The notes beneath the pieces were generated by a model, which searched no databases, had not been told where the DNA came from, and was given only the letters and a program-made list of their open reading frames with translations. Source: Marsupella aquatica (lineage: Eukaryota; Plantae; Marchantiophyta). Taken from it: 64,000 nucleotides of DNA. The position numbers and the translations under genes were made by a program. The stretch lies in NCBI GenBank assembly GCA_973895155.1, contig OZ316898.1:14228330-14292329 (forward strand), written 5' to 3'. Positions 47,468 through 58,346 of this stretch are shown here, in pieces; the stretch's first letter is position 1, and each line of letters begins with the position of its first letter.

Positions 47468-49807
47468 TGTGATGCCTAGCCAGGAATCACTCGGCCAGTG
47501 AAGTGGGTAAAGCAGGAATGCACCCTGGAAACACCTTAGTATAGGGACAAAACAACGAAAATATAAACAATTAGGGGCGACTATGGAACCCGGGCCGAGG
47601 CCGGAGGTAAGGACGCTGGGGGTGAAAACTCGATTAGGGTTAGGGCGCGCTAAGCATCGGCGGCTTAGGAGGATGGAAGCCGAGATTGAAGATCTAAGGG
47701 CGGCCAAGAAAGCCCAAGATGAACTGCGGATTAAACGGCATGAGCTGAACATCATGCAGGGGCAGTTGGACACCGCGTAGGCTGATAATCAGAATATCAA
47801 GGATAAACTGACTCAGACGCAGGGAGAGTTGGCTGATACGATCAAAGTGAGGGAGAAGTGGAAGCGAGAGCTGAGGAATGCAGAGGAGGCCCACATAACA
47901 GCCAACAGCCGGGCCATGGTGGAAACCCAAAGAAAGGAATGGGCGTTGAAGGGGGAGCTCGAGAAAATCCGCGGAGCCCTTGAGCAGAAGGAGGCCGAGT
48001 TAGGAAAATCCTATCAAGGGATTATGGCGCTGCAGTAGGAGCTTGCGTCCTTGACGGCCAGCTTCAAGGCCGACCTAAGGGAGAAGGACGAGATGCTCGA
48101 TCAGATTTACGCCAAGATGAATCAGATGGAGTCTGTCATCATTGCAGAGCTCGACAAGGAGCTAAGAGCAACCCGGGAGGAGAGGGCTACCTTGAAGAAA
48201 GAATGGGAGGAAGCCCAAAAGGAACTAGAGGAGGCGCGCAAGGACCTAGATGAGACCCAGGAGGAGTTGGAGGAGATCACGAGGAAGATGGAGAACCTCC
48301 AGCGGCGGGCCGACAACCAAACAGAGCGGCTGAAGAAACAAGCCGCAGTATTTAAGTGCTTGTCTTCATCAGGCCCAACTCCAATTGGGGCAACCAAGTT
48401 ACCAGGAGTGGTACTGGCCAAAGAAAAAGCCGCGCCACCTGCACTAGTGCCGGAAGTAAGTGGGAAGGGGAAGGGACCAGCTGCCGAACCAGAAAAGAAG
48501 AAGAAGCGGAAACCTTCAGGGTCAAGGAGTAATACGACTCCACTGGCCGTGGTGACCAAGGAGGTAGACCCAGCACCAACCTCCAGCAGGAACACGGCAA
48601 TAGATCCCGCTATCACCAAGGGTGGGGAGGGTGCGGCCCAAGCTGAACTACTCAATCATGAGGCCGGTATCCCAGATCCGCCTCTTGAGCAGGCCGGGGA
48701 GACTGTAGCCGAGGCTGAGGCCGTAGCCGAGAATGATTCCCGAGCCGATGCCGACGCCGATGGTGGACCCAGTCAAGCCGATGGAGAGTTGACTCAGTCA
48801 AGGGCAGGTAATCTGTCAGAAAACGAACCTACGGCAGTGGCTGAGGAGGAAGCGTTGGGGGCGTCCATTGAGGATCCACCACCGGTGTCGTGACGGTGCA
48901 AGGGCACCGTTCCTTTTAGGAAGGGCGGACGTGGAGGGAGGAGGCGTGAGTGGGCAGGGCGGGCGCTGATCTCCAAGTTTAGGATTAGGATCAGGACCAG
49001 GAGCGGCCCTGACACTTAGCTTAGTGGGATTGCGGTTCCACTGGTAGGAGCAACACTTGTGCTCTTGCCTTGCTGTACATAGGTAGATCTGGGCAAGTAG
49101 ATTACTGTTAGGTAGATTAGGCTTACGCTGCAAAGAATTAGGCGGATCCACTACCAGGATAAGTACCTGGGCAGCGGGGAGCTCAGGGCCTCTTCTTTAG
49201 CAAGTTTTTAGTTTGCACCAGCCGGGCTGGGATCAAGTAGTAAGAGAAGCTCTCGGTTAGTCATACAGTGACCCTTGTGTATATTCATGTTTCCTCATGC
49301 CTAAGAGCTGAATAGAGTTGGCCTCACGGCTTAGTTTGCAGAGCTTGTGTATGAGATGTACTGTTTGTATGGCAAGTGCATGGTATGACTCAGTCAGAAT
49401 GAGTCATTTTGCTATTTGTGTATCGCATTAACTTGTGTGAAGAGTGCCCACATCAACTAGAAGGAAGGAAAGTAAGCAAGGGAGTGAGAGTTGGATGTGT
49501 TGAGCCGAGAGAGGTCTTAGCGGCTTAACCAAGCCTATTGGGGATCATTCCGGCGGCGGAATCCAAACATACCTAACAAGATGGAGGGGAAGATGAGGGA
49601 AGGCCTAGATTAGGCCGGCTATGTATCTCATGACCCGATGAAGGATCTGTCCAGTATATGTGTGTAAAATGTTAATAGTAGTAGTAGAAGGTTAGCAGCG
49701 TCCCATGCCGCTAAGCCGCGGAAATGGCCTCGCCAAGCGCGAAACCTGCGGGAATCGGCTTGAGCTGGGGGGTTTCTTGGGTTTAGGGAGCCATGGGACG
49801 TACCACA
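47468..49807 (+). repeat. 5' LTR (2340 bp)
   Basis: TGTGATGCCTAGCC...GGGACGTACCACA; near-identical to 56026-58346. Confidence 0.96.
47583..48893 (+). pseudogene. LTR-encoded coiled-coil protein (5' copy, stops at 47778 and 48036)
   Basis: ORFs 47583, 47829 and 48051 share one frame; both TAG stops are CAG in the 3' LTR. Confidence 0.8.
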
Positions 49808-50068
49808 TTTTTGGCGCTAGATGGAGGGGGCATTTCTTAAGCCATGAGATATGAAGTTAGAAAGGAAGCGTAGGTAATGACTGACCTTACGCCGAGGGAA
49901 GAAAGAGTGATTCAAAGGGAGAGAGCTCGACTGCAGCAGCTCGCCGGGTGGCATGATACACAGTGACTGAGAGGGGCAGAAAGAGCTGGTAGCTCCGAAA
50001 CTGGAAGTGACGTCGAAGAAGACATACCAGAAGAAGAGTCGGTAAGGAGAAGTGAGTCTCCAACTGAC

Positions 50069-53000
50069 ATGGGGGAACCAGAGGCACGGCCAGATGAGAG
50101 GCCAGGGACCAGACTGAGCCAACGGTCACGCATACATTACAAGGCATTTCATGGGAGAGAGGATGAGGATCCAGACGAATGGTTGGATGATTTCGAGGGA
50201 ACCGCTGCAGCAAATGGAGAATCGGCCATCAAGATGCAGATTCTTCCCGGCCTGTTCAAGGGTGAGGCTAGGCCTTGGTACAGAGCATTAGATTTGGAAG
50301 ATCAAGCCATCTGGGATATCTTCAAAACACTCTTTGTGAAGGAGTTTCGACCCATTGGAACTTCAGAACTAGCAGTGCTGAAGTTGGGACGACTTCGGTT
50401 CAAGGAAAACAAATCCTTCAGGAAGTTCTTGCAACGCTTTCAGAAACTGGTAAGACGTACAAAGACCAATGCATCTGAAGGTATGCAACTTCAATGGTTG
50501 GTGAATGCTTTGCCGCAGAAGATGAGTTTTGCAATTAGGAAGGAGAACCCAGAGACTTTAGCCGATGCAATTAAGGATATTCAATTATACATTAATGCAG
50601 ATATCACAAGCCGGAAGAAACAGCTTAAGTCTGAGAGTTCCTCATCGGAGGAGGGATCACCCCATAAGAAAAAAGATAAGAAGAAGAAACATTCTAAGAA
50701 GTCAAGAAGTGATAACTCAAGCTCGGATAGTGGAAGTAGCAAGAGTGAGTCATCTTCTAGTTCTGAAGAAGACAAAACTAGGAAACGGAAGGGCAGAGGG
50801 AGAGGGAAGACGAAAGTCAAGCTGGAGGCTAAGCCACTAGATAACATCGTAGCCCTTACCGAGCAACTTAAGGCTATAATTGCAGAGGTAAAGCCGAAGA
50901 AGAAGGCAGTACAGGAGGATAGCTCTGTATGGTGTGCCTTATGTTATAAAACCGGACACCATAAAGATGCGTGTCCTAAACTTAATACTAATCATGTTCG
51001 GCATGTGGCCGAGATCAGACCATGTCAGGGAGAAGTAGAGTACTTTTTAGGGGATGCCGCTGATAGTGTTTTCGGCATCAGTGAGACTGGAGCACGAGAC
51101 CTATCCAACAGACCTGCATCCCTGTGGTCAGGATTAAGGAACAATCCAGGAGAGATGTATCCTCGGATTATTCAGAACCCGTCAGTACCTCCTAGGCTGA
51201 ATGTGCAAAGATTTGCGGCATGCTATAATTGTGGTCAACCTGGGCATTTTGCTAGAGAATGCCCGAATGCACGCAAACAGGGTGATGGACAACCAGCTCA
51301 GCTATGTATGGGATGCCGACAGGAAGGTCATATGCTAGGACAATGTCCTACTTGGTTGGCAGGCCTGGCCGCAAATCATAAACTTTTGCCGGTCAAGGTC
51401 TTGCCACCAGGTACTACCCCCGGAGGAGTTCAAATCAATCACATCGAACTAGGATGGCAAGAGGATGCCGAGGCAAAGTTCGTACCATCTGATGATGAAG
51501 CCGAAGCCCTATCAACCTTCTCAGAAGAGGATTTAGATCATGATTGCTACCGGGTCTCTACTCGATCTACCAGAAGGAAGGAAAGGTGGGATGGGCTGGC
51601 CAAAAATAAAGGGAAGGTTACGGAGGAAAAGATCGACTCTTCGTCAACAGAAGGAGAAGGGAGGGCTCTGGCAATACAGGTAAGCCATGAGCCCACCAGT
51701 GAACCCAATCCTTCACAAGATAGCGACTTCAATCGAGATCATCCTAAGTTGTTCTACCCCTCTGTTACGGCTAGTGTTAAGGAACAACTGAGAGAATTAG
51801 AAACCCTGGAGAATACCGAAGCCATTGCCAAGGATGTGAAACGAGCAAAAGCATTGTTTGCTTCGGAGGATCCAACAGCTGTGGAGACTAGCGTGGCAAA
51901 ACAGGCCGAATCCAAGATGGAGACACCACCAGAGGAGAAGCCGATTGTTCCCTATGACCTGGCTAAAGATGTACTAGAATCTAGAGTCTCGGCAACAGTA
52001 GGTCAACTATTGAAAAATAGCCCGTACTTCCGGAAGCAATTAAGGAAGGCTATTCTCGGCAAGCCAAGATTACCCAAGGTAGCGACCAGATCTGACGTAC
52101 TAATGATAGAAGAAGATCAAGGAGCCCCAGCATTACCATTAATGATTCAAGGAGAATTATTACTACGGGTACCCATCGATGGAGGATCAGGGGTATGTAT
52201 TATGATTGATTCAACAGCAAATGGGTGGGGTCTAAAACCAGAGATGACTGGAAGAGTGTTGAACATGGCCAATGGGTATCAGGTCATTCCCACGGGAGTG
52301 TTAACCGGCATCAAGACATAGATAGGAGGAATCTTCTTTAGCATTAACTATCTAGTAATGAAGCCGGTAAATCCTACGTCATTCCGACTATTGATTGGTA
52401 GGCCATGGCTGTACCTAGCCGAGGTAATAGAAGATTGGGGTAAAAAGCAGTTCACTTTCGGGACCCCCTCTATCACGGTATCCTGGGACACTAAAGATGA
52501 CCGTAGGAAAAGCATAAGGGAAGTAGATGGGTACGACAATGGACTGGAGTCAGCCGATGAAGTACGTTGGTTAGAATGCCTCACTGACCTAACCGAAGAA
52601 AGTGTCTTTGGACCAGAGGTACCCCCCAGCGGATTATGGCAAGAACCAATGGAAGGTGGTTTGGAAGAAGAAGACGAAGAGATCAAGGACTGCTTTACAA
52701 TAGAATCGACCTTTTTAGCTGCAATTCCGGAGGAAGTAAAGGATGTAGACCAATTGGATGAAACGGCTAAGTGGAGAGCAGTAGCAGGGACAGTGGATTT
52801 TCTGCAGGCGTTGTGGCAGAGCCAGCAGGGTTCACAACGCCATCGATCATCGGCAAGGAATTAAATACCAAGGGATCGGCATACAAGCCGATTACGAGGG
52901 CAGAACAAATTGAGGCCCTATTAGAAGTCGGGAAAGCACAGCGGCCTGACCCTCAGGAGGAAGAGATGGATGAGATGCACAGACAGAATCCAGAGCCGAG

Positions 53001-56000
53001 GCAGGAAGGGAAGCCGACCACCAATTCAAAACTGGATAGACCGGCAAGGGGACAATCTATGGACACCAAGGAAGGGACCGACTCGGCTAGTCCAGCCGAG
53101 ATTCCAGTTTATGGAGGTATGAGACTGGAGAGATTGGAAGCCGAGCTGGACCCGAATTTGAAGAAACAGATTAATATGATCCAAGCACGGCAATATCGGA
53201 AGCTCAACTTAGGAGAGGGAAGAGAACTGAACTTAGGGAGAAACCTAGCACCTGAGCTCGAGAAAGAGATCAAAGACTTATTGATTGAATTTCAGGATGT
53301 GTTTGCATGGAGTCACCAAGATCTAAAGGGAGTAGATCCAACACTAGGGGAACATCGAATTGATCTCATGTTAGGAGCCAAATCATTTCGACAACCAATT
53401 CGAAGGATGAACCCGAAGTATTCCCTGCTGGTCAAAACGGAAATCGACAAACTAGTGGAAGCTGGATTCATCACTCCAGTCCTGCATTCAGACTGGGTGT
53501 CTCCAATTGTGATAGTTCCCAAGAAAGCTGGACCCGATGGTAAACCCAAGATCCGGGTTTGTCAGGATTACAGGAAGCTGAATGAAGCAACATTAAAAGA
53601 CCATTTTCCTTTACCGTTTACTGATATGGTACTAGACATGGTAGCCAGTCATGAACTATATTCATTCATGGATGGGTACTCGGGTTATAACCAAATCAAG
53701 ATTCGGCAGGAAGACCAAATCAAGACAACCTTCATCACGGAATGGGGGAGCTATGTCTTCAATCGTATGCCGTTTGGACTCTGCAATGCACCAGCTATGT
53801 TCCAACGATTAATGGTGAACATTTTTCATGATTACTTGAGAAAGTTCATGGAAATCTTCATTGATGACTTTGTAGTATTCGGGAAGGCATCGAAACATGC
53901 TAAATACCTCAGGAAAACCTTCATGAGATGTAAAGAGGTGGGTCTCAAGTTACACCCAGATAAATGTTTCTTTGCAGTAACCGAGGGGGTGCTACTAGGC
54001 CACAAGGTATCAAGGAAGGGCATTGAGATTGACAAAGGTAAGCTAGCAGTATGGCTAGATATCATGCAACCTAAGAACATAAAGGATGTAAGATCCTTCT
54101 TGGGATGCATTGGTTACTATCGCCGGTTCATCAAGGATTTTGCCAAGCTAGCTTTACCATTAACCAACATGCTCAAGGTAGGAGCAGACTTCGAACCCAC
54201 CCCCGAACGAGTCACAGCAGTGGTAGAATTGAAGCAGATGTTAGTAGAGGCCCCAGTCATGATAGCACCGGACTAGAACAAAGATTTTCACGTTTTTGTC
54301 GATGTCTCGGGCTTTTGTATCAGCTTAGTACTAAGTCAGTTGGATGAGAAAGGAAGGGACCATCCCATATACTTCGCAAGCCGTCAGCTTGCCGATGCCG
54401 AACGGAACTACTCCACCACAGAGAGAGAAGCATTAGGAGTCATTTATTCCTGTAAAAAGTTTAGGCATTATTTACTAGGGTACAAGGTAATCTTTCATAC
54501 CGATCATGAAAGTTTGAAGTACCTAGTCAATAAGCCGGACCTTACAGGCAGAGTAGCAAGATGGATTTTGCTATTACAGGAGTTTGACTATGAGCTGAGG
54601 ATCAAGCCGGGAAAGTTACACGCCAATGCCGACTTCTTTTCAAGGATCACAGGTGAACCTGCCACGGATTGCATCGACGATCGATTCCCCGACGAGGAGC
54701 TATTCGTTGTGGAAATAGCTGATACATGGTACCCTAAGATTTTACATTTTCTCAGCACTTCCAGATTACAGCCAGGATTAAGCCGAGAACAAGCCGCAGT
54801 CTTTGTGCGGAAGGTCAGACAGTATCAGTGCATTAAAGGCATACTGCACAAGCATGGAATCAACGACACGATTCAAAGGTGTTTAGAATAGGGAGAGGTA
54901 AAACGAGTCCTACGGGCCATGCATGGAGAGGAGGCCGGAGGACATTTTGCCCCGGTAACCACGTCTAAAAAGATATTAAATGTCGGTTACTGGTGGCCCA
55001 CCTTGCACAAGGATGTCTATCAATTTATCAAACAATGCGATCCTTGTCAGCGAGCGGGAGGACCAAGGGCGTCCACCAGACATCCACTGCACCCTATTCT
55101 ACCTCTGGCACCATTCAAGAAGTGGGGTATTGATTACATCGGACCTCTGAAACCACTGACCCACCCTCGATGGAATAAGTACATAATCCTGGCTACGGAT
55201 TATGCAACTAAATGGGTAGAGGCCAGACCGACCACGAAGGATGATGCAATTACTACGGCTAGATTCATGTATGAGCAGATCTTCACCAGGTATGGAGCAC
55301 CCCTAGAATTAGTTAGTGATAGAGGAACCCATTTTCTGAATGATATAATTAGTCGTTTAAATGAGCAGTATTTAGTTAGACATAGGCCTACTACTCCCTA
55401 CCATCCAAAGGCAAATGGGTTGACAGAACGAGCAAACGGAATTATAGGAAAGATATTGAACAAGACAGTAGCTCATAACAAACTCGATTGGGATGATAAA
55501 TTGTTTGCTGCTATTTTTGCTTACAATCTAGCCTATAAATCCACTACTGGTCATACACCCTTCTTCTTAACCTTTGGACAAGAAGCCCTGGTACCCATGC
55601 AACTTGAGATACCGACATTTCAAGTTACAATTGAGGAAAGAGCCTCAGCGGAGGAGAGCCTAAGGGAGCGAGAATATAGGTTAGAAGCTTTAGAGGAGGC
55701 GAGAATGATTTCAGCCGAGAGAGTAGAATATAGACAGAATATCATGAAGCAGCAGTATGATAAAAAGTTGAAAGTAGTTAGTATTCACACCGGTGATCTT
55801 GTGTTACTTTATGACAGTAGGTATAGTAGGTTTCCAGGGAAGCTTTACACTCGCTGGTTAGGACCCTTTAGAGTAACCATGATGTTCTCCAATGGCTCCG
55901 TAAAATTGGCCAACATTACGGGAGAGGTATATCCAGTTCGCATCCATTATGACCGACTCAAGAAATACTATATGGACGAAGATGAAGTTGTTCGCGAGGA

Positions 56001-56037
56001 CGCTTCACAATTAAGTGGGGAGCTATGTGATGCCTAG
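50069..56037 (+). pseudogene. Gypsy gag-pol (gag, 3 CCHC knuckles, protease, RT, RNase H, integrase)
   Basis: CALCYKTGHHKDAC, CYNCGQPGHFAREC, CMGCRQEGHMLGQC; IDGGSG; RVCQDYRKLN, DGYSGYNQI, MPFGLCNAP, FIDD; NYSTTEREAL; GYWWPTL, WGIDYIGP, SDRGTHF, GPF. In-frame TAG stops at 52319, 54274, 54889 and a frame change at ~52770-52860. Confidence 0.96.
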
Positions 56038-58346
56038 CCAAGAATCACTCGGCCAGTGAAGTGGGTAAAGCATGAATGCACCCTGGAAACACCTTAGTAT
56101 AGGGACAAAACAAGGAAAATATAAACAATTAGGGGCGACTATGGAACCCGGGCCGAGGCCGGAGGTAAGGACGCTGGGGGTGAAAACTCGATTAGGGTTA
56201 GGGCGCGCTAAGCATCGGCGGCTTAGGAGGATGGAAGCCGAGATTGAAGATCTAAGGGCGGCCAAGAAAGCCCAAGATGAACTACGGATTAAACGGCATG
56301 AGCTGAACATCATGCAGGGGCAGTTGGACACCGCACAGGCTGATAATCAGAATATCAAGGATAAACTGACTCAGACGCAGGGAGAGTTGGCCGATACGAT
56401 CAAAGAGAGGGAGAAGTGGAAGCAAGAGCTGAGGAATGCAGAGGAGGCCCACATAACAGCCAACAGCCGGGCCATGGTGGAAACCCAAAGAAAGGAATGG
56501 GCGTTGAAGGGGGAGCTCGAGAAAATCCGCGGAGCCCTTGAGCAGAAGGAGGCCGAGTTAGGAAAATCCTATCAAGGGATTATGGCGCTGCAGCAGGAGC
56601 TTGCGTCCCTGACGGCCAGCTTCAAGGCCGACCTAAGGGAGATGGACAAGATGCTCGATCAGACTTACGCCAAGATGAATCAGATGGAGTCTGTCATCAT
56701 TGTAGAGCTCGACAAGGAGCTAAGAGCAACCCGGGAGGAGAGGGCTACCTTGAAGAAAGAACAGGAGGAAGCCCAGAAGGAACTAGAGGAGGCGCGCAAG
56801 GACCTGGATGAGACCCAGGAGGAGTTGGAGGAGATCACGAGGAAGATGGAGAACCTCCAGCGGCGGGCCGACAACCAAACAGAGCGGCTGAAGAAACAAG
56901 CCGCAGTATTTAAGTGCTTGTCTTCATCAGGCCCAACTCCAATTGGGGCAACCAAGTTACCAGGAGTGGTACTGGCCGAAGAAAAAGCCACGCCACCTGC
57001 ACCAGTGCCGGAAGTAAGTGGGAAGGGGAAGGGACCAGCTGCCGAACCAGAAAAGAAGAAGAAGCGGAAACCTTCAGGGTCAAGGAGTAATACGACTCCA
57101 CTGGCCGTGGTGACCAAGGAGGTAGACCCAGCACCAACCTCCAGCAGGAACACGGCAATAGATCCCGCTATCACCAAGGGTGGGGAGGGTGCGGCCCAAG
57201 CCGAACTACTCAATCATGAGGCCGGTATCCCAGATCCGCCTCTTGAGCAGGCCGGGGAGACCGTAGCTGAGAATGATTCCCGAGTCGATGCTGACGCCGA
57301 TGGTGGACCCAGTCAGGCCGATGGAGAGTTGACTTAGTCAAGGGCAGGTAATCTGTCAGAAAATGAACCTACGGCAGTGGCTGAGGAGGAAGCGTTGGGG
57401 GCGTCCATTGAGGATCCACCACCGGTGTCGTGACGGTGCAAGGGCGCCGTTCCTTTTAGGAAGGGCGGACGTGGAGGGAGGAGGCGTGAGTGGGCAGGGC
57501 GGGCGCTGATCTCCAAGTTTAGGATTAGGATCAGGACCAGGAGCGGCCCTGACACTTAGCTTAGTGGGATTGCGGTTCCACTGGTAGGAGCAACACTTGT
57601 GCTCCTGCCTTGCTGTACATAGGTAGATCTGGGCAAGTAGATTACTGTTAGGTAGATTAGGCTTACGCTGCAAAGAATTAGGCGGATCCACTACCAGGAT
57701 AAGTACCTGGGCAGCGGGGAGCTCAGGGCCTCTTCTTTAGCAAGTTTTTAGTTTGCACCAGCCGGGCTGGGATCAAGTAGTAAGAGAAGCTCTCGGTTAG
57801 TCATACAGTGACCCTTGTGTATATTCATGTTTCCTCATGCCTAAGAGCTGAATAGAGTTGGCCTCACGGCTTAGTTTGCAGAGCTTGTGTATGAGATGTA
57901 CTGTTTGTATGGCAAGTGCATGGTATGACTCAGTCAGAATGAGTCATTTTGCTATTTGTGTGTCGCATTAACTTGTGTGAAGAGTGGCCACATCAACTAG
58001 AAGGAAGGAAAGTAAGCAAGGGAGTGAGAGTTGGATGTGTCGAGCTGAGAGAGGTCTTAGCGGCTTAACCAAGCCTATTGGGGATCATTCCGGCGGCGGA
58101 ATCCAAACATACCTAACAAACGGAGGGGAAGACGAGGGAAGGCCTAGATTAGGCCGGCTACGTATCTCATGACCCGATGAAGGATCTGTCCAGTATATGT
58201 GTGTAAAATGTTAATAGTAGTAGTAGAAGGTTAGCAGCGTCCCATGCCGCTAAGCCACGAAAATGGCCTCGCCAAGCGTGAAACCTGAGGGAATCGGCTT
58301 GAGCTGGGGGGTTTCTTGGGTTTAGGGAGCCATGGGACGTACCACA
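56026..58346 (+). repeat. 3' LTR (2321 bp)
   Basis: Direct repeat of 47468-49807 with an 18-bp in-frame deletion and scattered transitions. Confidence 0.96.
56141..57433 (+). pseudogene. LTR-encoded coiled-coil protein (3' copy, single stop at 57335)
   Basis: Open from MEPGPRPEV to GELT; TAG at 57335 is CAG in the 5' LTR; long coiled coil, KKKKRK, acidic Ala/Pro tail. Confidence 0.8.

Larger units (their letters stand above)
47468..58346 (+). mobile_element. Full-length Ty3/gypsy LTR retrotransposon
   Basis: TG...CA LTRs, 5-bp TSD GTGAA (47463-47467, 58347-58351), PBS-like TGGCGCTAGA after the 5' LTR, PPT AAGTGGGGAG before the 3' LTR, domain order PR-RT-RH-INT. Confidence 0.97.

Noticed and set aside
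48122-48655. Antisense ORFs in both LTRs (also 56680-57213)
   Set aside because: Ser/Phe-rich shadow frames of the sense coiled-coil ORF.
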